From Lingula anatina (Eukaryota > Animalia > Brachiopoda), in contig CM120643.1 of NCBI GenBank assembly GCA_051362555.1, positions 11,258,644 to 11,322,643 of the forward strand: a stretch of DNA of 64,000 nucleotides. Reading direction: 5' to 3'. A program made the translations under genes and the position numbers. Positions 48,241 through 59,259 of the stretch are shown here, one piece after another (position 1 is the stretch's first letter; the number at the start of each line of letters is the position of its first letter). The notes beneath the pieces were generated by a model. That model had not been told where the DNA came from, made no database searches, and was given only the letters and a program-made list of their open reading frames with translations.

Positions 48241-48698
48241 AATGGGCTCGCCCCACCTGTCACCCCTCAAATCGAATGGACTTGTCCCACCTGTCACCCC
48301 TCAAATGGAATGCGCTCGCCCCACCTGTCACCCCTCAAATCGAATGGACTCGTCCCACCTGTCACCCCTTAAATCGAATGGACTCGTCCCACCTGTCACC
48401 CCTCAAATGGAATGGACTCGCCCCACCTGTCACCCCTCAAATCGAATGGACTCGCCCCACCTGTCACCCCTCAAATGGAATGGACTCGTCCCACCTGTCA
48501 CCCCTCAGATGGAATGGACTCGCCCCACCTGTCACCCCTAAGATGAAATGGACTCGCCCAACCTGTCACCCCTCGGATGAAATGGACTCGCCCCACCTGT
48601 CACCCCTAAGATGAAATGGACTAGCCCCACCTGTCACCCCTCAAATGGAATGGACTCGTCCCACCTGTCACCCCTCAAATCGAATGGACTCGACCCAC
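48241..48698. repeat. 34-bp minisatellite, ~13.5 copies
   Basis: Unit aatggactcg(c/t)cccacctgtcacccctcaaat(c/g)g is repeated head to tail with a few substitutions. Confidence 0.97.
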
Positions 48699-49029
48699 TT
48701 GAAAACTTTCAATGCAGGTCAGTGGTGGGTGGAAGGGTATCACGTGATTTTCGGGAGCCAATGAAAAAAGCAGGAATTTTACACTCCGTTATAGGTAAAC
48801 AAAATGGCACGTTCGACGCACTGGGGAGGATCGTTTATTTAGGAGGCATGCACATAAATTTGGTGGGTATTTTAAAAGCATTTTACTATTTACAACGATC
48901 AGTACCATCTCAACTTAACTCATGTGAAGTGATTTTCAAGTGTTTGGTCTGTTTATGTTTTTATGACAATTTAAACTAGGCATAGCTTCATATGTAGTTT
49001 GACAATTGTAAACTGAAGTTTTCACACCA

Positions 49030-49575
49030 CAAGCCTTCTTTCAAGTGAAATATCTCGAAAAGCACTCGGACGATTTTTTTCCAACTTTTCAGTAATGTTG
49101 CTCATTTATTTGTTGACAAAAAGTGCCGATGGCACCCGATGGCACCCCTGGATCTTTAGAGATATAGACGGTATAATCCTTCATACCCAATTACGACCAT
49201 TTTTGTAGGAATGCGTCTTTATAATGTTAAACTCCCTCATTAAAAAGCATATATCTGAAAAAGTAAACGGTAGATTTTTTCCAAATCTTAATCTGACGTT
49301 TTTCGTGTACCTTTTTACATAATATGTAGCCTGCAACTGACAGCACCCCTGGGTCTTGGGATATATAGACAATGCAGTGCCATGGCAAATTACGGCCATT
49401 TTTGTTTGAGTGAATTTTGGATCACGCAGACCCCGTCTTTCAAATCAAATATCTCAGAAGCAATCGGACAATTATTTTCAAAATTGTCAGAAATGTTGCT
49501 TAGATATTGGTTAGCAAAAAGAGCCTATGGCACCCAATGGCACCCCAGGATCTTGAGAATTATAGGCTGTATATA
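49030..49575. repeat. Diverged ~200-bp repeat, about 3 copies
   Basis: Anchor gcacccc(t/a)gg.tctt at 49142, 49343 and 49540. atatctc/atatctg and tggcaccc.atggcaccc segments recur. Confidence 0.75.
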
Positions 49576-51039
49576 GTGCATGCCAAAGTACTGTTTTGGT
49601 TATCCCACAGCCAGCATTTACATGTATAACAACAGCATAATTGCACTTGTATATCACTTACATGCTTGTCTGTATTTTAAAGCATAATGTGCAATCTGAT
49701 CACTATACAAGCACATTCCTACAACTGTTGAAGGGCTAGTCATGGTATTAGTCAGTTACAACTACTTGTCATTCACTGTGTATGATGTACAAGAGCCTAT
49801 TATATCTCAACTGTAGCTCCATATAATAGCACTCTTTTATGCCACATACAGTAATTGGCTCAAGTACATATCAAATAAACATTTTTTTTAAATACTGATG
49901 ATAAGTCTCATATCTTTTTCAGCATGGACTACAATTTTTATTTTTGAAATGCTGTGCACTATAAAGGTGAGAAGTAATTCATCGGAATACCATAGTTGTA
50001 AACTTGTGACTTATGTTTCCATTGCTCATCTATTTCGTTAACATTGACAAAAACATGTTCTGTGTTTGTTTTGCCTAAACTTTCATTTTAATCTTACTAT
50101 CATAAAAATTGAAATCATATTTAAGTATAATGGTAACAGGTTACCTAAAAAGTTGAAGCCTTATCCAGTTAAATAATAATAATATCAAATATAAAACATT
50201 TACTGCTTTTTAATTTCAGGGAATTGAAACAGCTTATAACCTCATAATGGGATACCGCCTATGGATTGTAGCTGAAATTAGAGACTTGAGATAACAGGAA
50301 TGATGTTTGTTATTTCCAAAATCTGTGCCTTCATGGAGTGTGACATTGTAATAAACATGATTGCTTTTTAATTACTCAGTCATCAAATGTTTAATTAGTA
50401 GTTTGTCACAATATCAAATATTGTATTATCTGCATAGAGAATTCCCCTCATCTTTTGTAAGTTAAGTTTTGATTAATTAAGTAAAGTGAGTAGTAAGTCT
50501 CATGAACTTGGAGAAAATTAAATACTGCAGATCTTGGAAAAACTTCGTTTATTGTGATTTCTGTCAGATATGAGGATTTGTAAATGTTGATAATACATTA
50601 CATTTTCTGTCTCTTATTATATGCATTTACCATGATTTCTCACTCTGAGTAATGTACGCATCTGGCAAACTAACTTGAAATTCAAGGCATATTTTATAGT
50701 TTTTAAAAAAGTGATATTAAAATCTGACCAAGACGAATTTAAAGTAATCTGAATTCTATCAGGATTTCAGTCTTGCCTGTGCTATGTATGTATTTGTAGG
50801 TTGTCACCCTTTTAAATCATTTAAAAAGTATTATTATATTATTTCAATATTTTGTGAATAGTTAAATGAGTTATAAAATTTATAAGAAAAATGTAAGAAA
50901 TAAAATATACTGTTAATTATGTTTTTATGAAATATGTGAAATAAAAAGTTTATAATCATATCAAAGTTCTTCCATTTGTTTATGATAATTTTGTCATTTT
51001 ACATTTTCTTTGCCTTAAACTTTGGTCAAGCTTACTTTC

Positions 51040-51040
<1 letters not shown>

Positions 51041-51083
<43 letters not shown>
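51041..51083 (+). repeat. Poly-A tract (43 nt)
   Basis: Direct reading. No associated retroelement body or TSD recognised. Confidence 0.95.
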
Positions 51084-51085
<2 letters not shown>

Positions 51086-52451
51086 TTGTCACATGCCCTT
51101 TCTTATAGTTATCTGAATTATCAACTTGTCATAATTTACTATTTTAATTTCTAGAGTTAATTATTATTCTTATTCAAACAAGAAATTATCAATTATACAC
51201 AGAAAAATTAAAGTCAATAACAAATCAACATTGCCAGCAAATTTTACTCTGCCCAAGCTACAGTCACTACAGGTATATAGGATAGTAGGCCTACACACTG
51301 ACAGAGATGTGATACCTATGCCACGGTGACATTTTACAACTCTACTTGTCGGTTTGTTGATCATAAATTGCACATTTTTTCAAGTGTTTCATTATTAGTT
51401 TGTAGCATCCACATTTATATTTATATACATTTATACATAATGAAGCAAAGTCGGCGTAACGTTACGCAAATGCCCCAATAAACAATGCATCGCACACAGT
51501 TGCGCCAACGCTTTACTGGACGAAGTCGCAGGAAGACGTCGCCGGGAGCTCACTTTCGATGTTCACTCTTCGACGGCAAAACGTCAAATGACTGACGTGC
51601 GTGCGCATCTTTTGACGTATCACGTGATACCCTTCCAACCACCAATGAATGCAGGTCGTCTTCTTACAGGGTCTAGCTATCCAGTGACCAACCAGGAGCA
51701 TAGCTTGCACTGCGATGCGCGACTTTTTCTTATGCAAATTACAACTGGTACAGTGCATGGCACATTTGAGGAGTTGCTGTGGAAATTGGTCTCAAAGAAC
51801 GGCGAAATTATGGAATATTATTTTACTATTGTGACAAGGCTATTACCCGCGTAGACCTATTTGTCACCATACATAATATTTTTCTAGGACAACTAGTTTA
51901 TATTAAATCAAAAACTAAAAATAGCAATGAAGATAGGTATAACAAGTAAATGATGATGCTCATACATTCGGGGAGTAGCTTTGCGTAGGATGAAATATAT
52001 TGTATTGTACGCCCCCCTGGCTGTCGATTGAAAGTAATAGACATAAACTGGCCCGCTCGAAGATTCTGCGGGTCCGTGGTCAAAGTTAAATAAAAATAAC
52101 CATGATTAAGGGAAGTTATTGAAGTTATCAATTTAAGATTTTAGAGATACTAATAAATTTACCTTTTTTAACACTGGTCGTATTCACAAAAGATCGTAAA
52201 CATTACAGAGAGAAGGAAAAGTACCCAAGAGAAGGGAGGGGGGGGGGGTGTGTGTGAAGGAGCACAATGTGAAACAAATTAATATTATGTTCTTATTTAT
52301 CTATTCAATTTCATAAATAATTTGTAATCTCTTCACTCTTGATTCAAATAAATAAAAAGCAACAATTAAAACTTGCAGTACTTGCCACAGAAGCCAAACT
52401 GAAGTAAAACATTTGAAATAGCAAAAAAAAGAGGAAGACAAGTAAAAAAAA

Positions 52452-53070
52452 TTAAATTCCCAAATTTTTAGAAACTAATAATCTTTCTTCCACAGTATCC
52501 TTAACATAACCGTCTTTTGTGTTTTCAGATCGCCATCTACCGTGTTTCTTAAACAGTCTGTCTTTAGTCCCTGCATTAGAATCCAGCATATGAAATCAAA
52601 CAAACGGAAAGTACTCGGAGATCCTTCAAAGTGACTTCAGAACTCATAAAATTAGTAACCAATTGAGAAATGTGCTTAGCAGTTACAGGTTCCTTTTTTT
52701 GTTACTCTATGATCTTTCCGTCTCTGAGATGCTTCCTTCACTGCAATAACGAATTTGACTCGCAATTTCGGATTTTTCTTACAGTTGGCTGTACCATGAA
52801 ACCATTTTAAAGTGTAAAAAGATGTCTAAACCGCAGCAGAATAATTACAAGTTTGTGACAAATTTTGAAGATAAAAAGCAACAATCGAGTCTTTCGCTGT
52901 AAAGAAAGAGGTCACACCGATCGTATTACACCGTTCAAGCCATTTTTGGAAGCCGTAAGAATATTTTCTCACTGTGTTGTCTGCTCTTGACTTCAAAATG
53001 ACATCTGGTAATGAATCTGCTAAAGCCTTCAAACTTTTATTGCTTGTAACCTCCACGTCTTGGAGGATAG
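52452..53070 (-). pseudogene. Tyrosine recombinase pseudogene of the DIRS element
   Basis: HGRW...GY box II with the catalytic Tyr is present. The N-terminal core-binding segment is in another frame, and I could not find box I or the HxxR region. Confidence 0.85.
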
Positions 53071-53284
53071 CATTATCAAGAAAACATGAAAAAGGAAAAA
53101 AAGAAAATTTTTGAAAACAAAACTCTAGCAATCGTTCCCATAATCTCTGTTCATCCTGGACAATAATCATGTCCATGTTAACTGTCATTGATCAATGATT
53201 GTGATCCTAATGGCCATTTCTTCCATTCCTTCCTTCAATGTTGCAGAACTCCATTACAGCATGTTGTATCGATAACCCATTGAT

Positions 53285-53450
53285 AACTAGAGCGCAGACC
53301 TCCGCCAAGGCAGCGATTTTTTATTATTATTGATTTTTGATTGATTATTGATCCGGATCACCACCAAAAAATAATCATCTCTTCCTTGGCCCACTTCGTA
53401 CAGTTCCTGAAAAATTCATCAAAATCGGTCTAAGAAATACATAAACAAAG
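53285..53450 (-). mobile_element. Helentron/HINE-like element 3' fragment inserted in the DIRS relic
   Basis: The minus strand ends ...ccttggcggaggtctgcgctctagtt, a HINE-like sub-terminal repeat plus CTAGTT end. Internal gatccggatcaccaccaaaa and aaattcatcaaaatc motifs are typical of such elements as I recall them. The matching 5' end was not found. Confidence 0.55.
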
Positions 53451-54364
53451 CCATCTCCATTATATCAATGATCCAGTGATCGTCTGTTTATCTCTCCTTC
53501 GAAGAAAGTGAGTTTTAAATTCTATAAACAGATGACCAATTATTCATCTACTTTAAATCCCTTTAAATATGAAAAACTTATTCGTATTTAAAACAAATGG
53601 TCCCAAACCGGGTTTTCTGGCATCTGAATAGACCGTTTTTAACTTACTAGGCAAGCTTTGTACACGTAGACTTTTCTCATTTAAAAAAAAAAAAGAAAAC
53701 TTAATTGTCTTTCCAAAAATTAATTCTTTAATGCAAGACATTCGTCTTTAATATTAATATTAAAATCCCAATACTTCCTCTAGTTATTTATCTAGATACA
53801 TTTCCAATCAATGGAGACATAATAATAAAACAGAAATAATTTTACCTGTAACCCTCGCCAATTTTATAGCTGTTATATACGGTAAATCTGAAACCAATTC
53901 GTCTAAAAGACACAGAGTATTACTAGTACATGTAGAAAGCCTTCTTTCGGGAATAAACAATCCCCTTACTTCCATGTCCCAAATAATCCCCAACCATTCC
54001 AATTTGTTGACTGGTTCTAATTTACTTTTTTCAGCGTTTAAAACAAAATCTGCTTTAAACAGATCCATTTTAATTTTTTTAGAATGTAGTTTTAAATGTA
54101 ATATATTTTTCTAGAGAATTTTCAGACACAATACCGTCATCTAAATAAACAACAATGGGGATTCCATTTTTCTCCAATACCCAACTAAACGTCTAAGTAT
54201 TTTACTAAAAATAAACGGTGCTGAAGAAAGGCCAAACGAAAGTACCAAAAAAAAAAAAAAAGAATTCTTTCCGTTGATTTAAAAAAGTTTGAGATGCCGG
54301 AGCAATATCTAAATGGTGAATAAATAAATAAACACAACACTAAACTGCAGAATTATCTCAACAA

Positions 54365-55077
54365 ATATTATCTGTGGTCTTGCTCACATTCCCAAAAGTG
54401 AGAGTGTAATATGCCTTTGGTCCATGCAACCAGATCTCTTGTCCTCCTTGTCTGTTCAGCCTAAAATATAAAATTGCAAGACAGCTATTTAATTCTTAAT
54501 GCATAACTCTATTAAAAAGGAAAATGTCCATGATGGAAAAAAACTCATTTATTTTTTCTACCTGAAGATATGGAAAATGGTGCAATAGTTTGTGTTGTTC
54601 TCATGCATATCTACTCACAGTGATTATCTTCTTTCCAAGATTTTTGCCCCATGCCAAATGTCCCACGAATGTTTTATCCCGATTCATTTTTTTTTTTCTG
54701 AAATAAGAAAAATTTAGCTAAATATATAGAGAGATATAACAAAAAATAGCAAGAATTGCAAGTAAATAATCACATACATGTAGATACATTTCACATACTA
54801 AATTTGCTTTCTAATTATTAAAGTAAGACCTAAACAGCACTTTGTACTTAAGTGTGCAACAAGGGCATCTTTGACCACTTCTGTTGCACTGATTCCTTTT
54901 TTTTTTCAGGAAATCCATAGCCCTGACAAACCCTTCCTTCTCCATTACAGAGCTACTCAGCTTGGTTTCTTTCTTCCTTACAACTTCTGCTTCCAACACA
55001 TCCCCTGTTTCATAGTCAACAATAATGCTCGCGCAATATTGTGCACTATGTCCTGGGCTGTCCATTCTGCCATCAAC
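54365..55077 (-). pseudogene. Intron-containing DDE transposase pseudogene, Kolobok-like
   Basis: Three minus-strand exons, each preceded by an AG acceptor. (1) ~55077-54850: DGRMDSPGHSAQYC...KKETKLSSSVMEKEGFVRAMDFL, then EVVKDA after a frameshift. (2) ~54698-54620: IKHSWDIWHGAK, ending at a gtgagt donor. (3) ~54460-54365: AEQ...LVAWTKGILHSHFWEC. Frameshifts and stops are present. Family assignment is from recalled motifs. Confidence 0.7.
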
Positions 55078-55287
55078 TATGAATAAATGGGATATATCGA
55101 AACACGGACATCATAAGTATGTGGTGCGACAATTCCTAAAACAACACTTAGTGGGATTTAGGACACATTCCTATAGACACCACAGGTCTACATTGATCGA
55201 CCAGACTTGGCATGGATTTTCACTGCTATCAGCTGAATAGGTAACCCCCCCCCCCCCAAGAAATAAAATTGTTCATGTTCCTTTTGT

Positions 55288-55289
<2 letters not shown>

Positions 55290-55374
<85 letters not shown>
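55290..55374. repeat. (TA)n microsatellite, ~42 units
   Basis: Direct reading. Confidence 0.99.
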
Positions 55375-55378
<4 letters not shown>

Positions 55379-56180
55379 CCAAAGGAATAGAGGGTAATAA
55401 GTCATACTCAAATTATATTTTAGGATGCCAACCCATGTTATTTTCATCTTACTCCTTCTCAAAGTGTGTCTTGCCTTTAAATGTAAAGCTCTATGTTATT
55501 TAATGAAAGACAATATAAGTTCCATCTGTTTAGAGATGTTTGTCGGTCTGCTTTATAGCAATTAAGTCCCTGCTGTGGTTTAGGCCTACTGGTCACAACC
55601 AGAACATCAGAACCACTGCTTCCATCCACCGCTTCTACTTGTGGACATGGGTACACTTGATATAGAAACAAAACACGCATTTAGTTAAAATTTTAGATTA
55701 ATCCATTTAATCCATAAAGTTTAAATAACACATTTGCAATAAAGTTTTTGATTAAGTTTCTTATCAAAATTAAAATAGATTATTGTAATAATGTTATTAA
55801 AGTATGTGCCCTTTTTCAAATGCAAAGAATGCAAAGCAACCCTTATACAGCATTGGTCAAAAAGGTTGTCCCACCCCCATTTCCATGTACTTTTATTTAC
55901 AAATGATCACCTAACAGCTGTTAATTGTTAGAAATAGTGTTCTTTATTACGTTTACCGTGTCTAACATGATTAATGGTTTAAAAAATACAAAATAGTGGT
56001 GAAAATATACATATTTTATACCATTTAGTAAAATTTATAAGAGGTACCCCCTCAAATCGACTGTTTCACTGTTTCTTCTACAGATGTAAAGAAATGTCTA
56101 TAAAATTGAAAAGGTGCCATCAAATGTCACCAAATTCACACACAATTAGCATTAGGGTGTGCTCGTTAAAGATCACGTGC

Positions 56181-56553
56181 CTAACAGCGTGTGCGTCTAC
56201 CACGTACTGCAATTATTTCCTGTAGACGGCGCGACAAGCCTTCAACTCGGGTTACAATTCTGTTTTGTGGGATATTGTCTCTTCTTCTCAAACAAGTTGG
56301 GGGAGTTGGTCCACGTTTTTATGGGGTTGGTTCTCCTTTGCATTGCACACTCCAATACATGTCACAGTTGATTAGTAAGTTTGATATCAGGGCTCAAAGA
56401 TGGTGGTTCCATCCTTAGACCATTATGTTTCTTCAACAAACAGTTGCCAGGCGAGAGGTGTGAGCAAGTGTGCAGTCATGATAAAGCCTGAAGTTAACCC
56501 CAAAGTCAGTTCTTGAAGATGGAATGAGATATCAGCTGAGAATGCTACGTTCA
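56181..56553 (-). pseudogene. Second, inverted copy of the Tc1 transposase C-terminus
   Basis: The minus strand gives HDCTLAHTSRLA and PSLSPDIKLTNQL*, plus a near-identical 3' end with its stop at 56183-56181. Confidence 0.85.
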
Positions 56554-56586
56554 GTGATCCCACAGGCACCTGAACCTGGCCATCCA

Positions 56587-57178
56587 TCACTGGAAGGAAG
56601 TTGATTTTGATGCAGAATCAAATTATTTCTTGTATCCCATCGATGGTCAAAGAGGGTCCATAGACATGTTAAAAAATGCCTCTTGGAAGGGTGCGTGCAG
56701 GATAATATCGCCTGAGGTGTTAGATCAATCCGCATTTGGAGAACATTCCAAGCCCATGGTATTAGTACATTGTTCCTTTTGGAACAAAACGTAACAGGGG
56801 CATTTTGATGTAACATTCTCAACAGAAATCTCATTCCATTTGCAAGAGGTGACTTCAGGGATACTACTGGCTTCATTGTGACGACGCACTTGCTCACAGC
56901 TCTCGTCTGGCAAACGATTTGTTGCAGAAACACAGGGCTCTGAGGATGGGACAACCGTCTTTGAGTCCTGATATTAATCCTACTGAGAACCTGTGGCATA
57001 AATTGGAATGTGCATTGCAGAGGAGAACCAATTCCTAAATAATCTTGACCAATTCCGCCACGCTCTTTAGGATGAATGGGACAATATCCCACATAACAGA
57101 ATTGTTACCCATGTTGAAGGCTTGTCGCGCCGTCTACAGGAGATAATTGCAGTACGCGGTAGACGCACACGCTGTTAG
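56587..57178 (+). pseudogene. Tc1 DD34E transposase catalytic domain, degenerate
   Basis: HWKEV..AESNY..IDG is a decayed first-D region. CDDALAHSSR...PSLSPDINPTENLW has 34 residues between D and E. The C-terminus DEWDNIP...LSRRLQEIIAVRGRRTRC* stops at 57176-57178. Internal stops and frameshifts; no N-terminal DNA-binding domain. Confidence 0.9.
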
Positions 57179-57819
57179 GCACGTGATCTTTAACGAGCAC
57201 ACCCTAATGCTAATTGTGTGTGAATTTGGTGACATTTGATGGCACCTTTTCAATTTTATAGACATTTCTTTACATCTGTAGAAGAAACAGTGAAACAGTC
57301 GATTTGAGGGGGTACCTCTTATAAATTTTACTAAATGGTATAAAATATGTATATTTTCACCACTATTTTGTATTTTTTTTAACCATTAATCATGTTAGAC
57401 ACGGTATCCTTGATAAAAAGCACTATTTCTAACAGTTCACAGCTGTGAGGCGTATCATTTGTAAATAAAAGTACATGGAAATGGGGGTGGGACAACCTTT
57501 TTGACCAATGCTGTATATACATGTACCTGTATATAAATATGTTTGATAAGATCTATTGGAGATATTTAAGCACATTTAAAAGACACTCACTCAGAAACAG
57601 AGTTTTCAATATCGCTTAATTTGGGATCAGGAATGGACTTAGCAGTGGTCCTCACCCTCGCCTGAACAAAGAAGCTCAAACAAATCAAGAACAAATCAAT
57701 ATCCGAATAACGACGGTGATATGGCCCTGCTGGCGCATATTAATTTCGTGATCTGTAAACACAGGGAATCAGCAGTTGTAAACATTCTCTTATAGTATAT
57801 TTTGAACAAGCTGTCTGTA

Positions 57820-57891
57820 CAGGGAGGGGGGGGGCGGGGTCGGCCCGCCCCCTTAAAATATTCCTGGATCCGCCCCTGGATCCGCCACATG
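57820..57891 (-). mobile_element. MITE terminus fragment with a partly duplicated end
   Basis: tcctggatccgcccctg (57862-57878) is the reverse complement of CAGGGGCGGATCCAGGA and is immediately followed by a second gatccgcc. Confidence 0.55.
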
Positions 57892-59259
57892 GTACCTATC
57901 TGTATCTTTAAAAAAAACTGCTGGTATATGATAGACGGGAAGAGGGAGCGCATGGGAAATGACGGTGTAGGCCGGATCTAAAGCCTTCCACAGTTTCAGC
58001 AGTAACTTGTTGGTCACTTCGTTCATTCCACTCGGAGACTGTTCTGGTAAAGAAAGAGTTTCAAACTGGTGTGTCGCAGTGTGATTCTTGCACTTAGAGT
58101 TTGTTTTAAATCCTAATATTAGTACATAAATGTAATTTATTCTAAAATATGAGGCCTAATAATAAGGAGCTACGGGCAAATTTCTTCAACAATCAGTTTC
58201 TTTTTCAAACTGATTGTTTGACACATCATGATAACAACGGAAACCACCAAACTTCAATTAAGATAATTAATTGTATTTATGTAGCAAATGGTTTGTTTTA
58301 GTGGTGGTATTAACTTTTTGGTAATACATCAACGTTTTGTTTATAGGAAATTAGTCTGGTTAGTTAGTAGTAGGTAGTAGGATGGTAGTTTGGGTCTTGT
58401 GTCTGCACATTTTTACCTCTAGTAGTTGACCAAGGCAAGGTGATAACAGATGTCCCGGGTTAAGGAATTTCTTAGCTGCTGTGTATCTAGGCACACACAT
58501 TTGCACCCCCACCTTTAATAATTACATATTTCTTTTTAGTTACCCGCACGAAAATGCAGTAGTATCGAAGTAGCAAAGCGGCGGGAGCATATTTGCAGAA
58601 TAGCCTACTGCAATTCTACTCCAAAAAGTACATAGGTTTGTACAGAGAGGAGCATAAATGCATAATTTTTTTAATTCCCATGACAAAACACCCCGGTGAC
58701 TCCCTTCGCCACAAAAGTTTTCATGTAATTATTAAACAGAGCAAAAAATCTCCCTATTTCCCTATAAATTTTATGAAAGATGTTTTTGGGACTAATTCTA
58801 TCGAGCTGCATTCAGTGAGAAGTCATTCAGCTTTGTAGCTGCGGAGATATTGACGGCCGCACTAAAAAATTCCTGCAAAACTGCATAAACAGAATATTTT
58901 TTGTGAAACATTTCCTATTCTCATAGACAGCAGACTCACTGACGTAACTCCCAATGCCACAAAACTTAAGTGTCAAAAAGTTACTTTTCATACCGGCAGT
59001 ACTGTAATTGAACATGTGCATTCTCTTGTTTGTAAACAAACCACTGCAGTGCTCACAGTCGTAAGCTCCCTCCGCCAGATGTCCGAAACTGTACAGCACT
59101 GAGCCAGGTCTCGCCCAAAAATAAGAAGCAATTTAGGCCCCAACCTGCTACTTGACACCAAATTAACCACTAGCAACACACAAAAAATGTCAGGAAAAAA
59201 AACTGGAAACAATCACTAATTTTTCACGCAGAACTTCATTCGTGTATAACAGTCCGTGA

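Larger units (their letters stand above)
52452..54320 (-). mobile_element. Second degenerate DIRS-type retrotransposon (RT - RNase H - tyrosine recombinase), 5'-truncated and internally deleted
   Basis: On the minus strand: LSFGLSSAPFIF (~54242-54207), VVYLDDGI (54153-54130), RT-thumb ORF 53808-54068 (AEKS..EPV..LEWLGIIWD) and RNase H start VYSDA (~53635). YR N-terminus SRADNTVRKYSYGFQKW is in ORF 52826-53188. YR C-terminus NAGTKDRLFKKHGRWRSENTKDGYVKD...SKNLGI* ends at 52452. Confidence 0.9.
55848..57513. mobile_element. Tc1-family foldback (non-autonomous) element with ~700-bp inverted arms and TA target-site duplication
   Basis: ta|cagcattggtcaaaaaggttgtcccaccccc ... gggggtgggacaacctttttgaccaatgctg|ta. 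The arms 55848-~56553 and ~56806-57513 are inverted homologs. Confidence 0.95.

Noticed and set aside
48242-48979. Repetitive Pro-rich ORFs
   Set aside because: Translations of the 34-bp minisatellite; the unit length is not a multiple of three.
51041-51083. Poly-A as the tail of a LINE/SINE or processed pseudogene
   Set aside because: The nearest AATAAA is ~100 bp upstream, and there is no TSD or recognisable element body.
55188-55462. IYIYIY ORFs
   Set aside because: Translations of the (TA)n microsatellite.
56048-56060. 13-bp match (cccctcaaatcga) between the Tc1 arm and the 34-bp minisatellite
   Set aside because: The match does not extend on either side; probably chance.
56532-57092. 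186-aa minus-strand ORF, the longest in the window
   Set aside because: It is the antisense frame of the decayed Tc1 transposase and has no independent domain signal.
58827-59212. Cys-containing minus-strand ORFs as a zinc-finger exon
   Set aside because: Cys/His spacing fits no zinc-finger family I can name, and there is no supporting exon structure.
38682-59259. The island as one giant transposon
   Set aside because: No TIR, LTR or TSD at the junctions (only a 7-bp offset ttataca/tgtataa match), and the contents are unrelated decayed elements.
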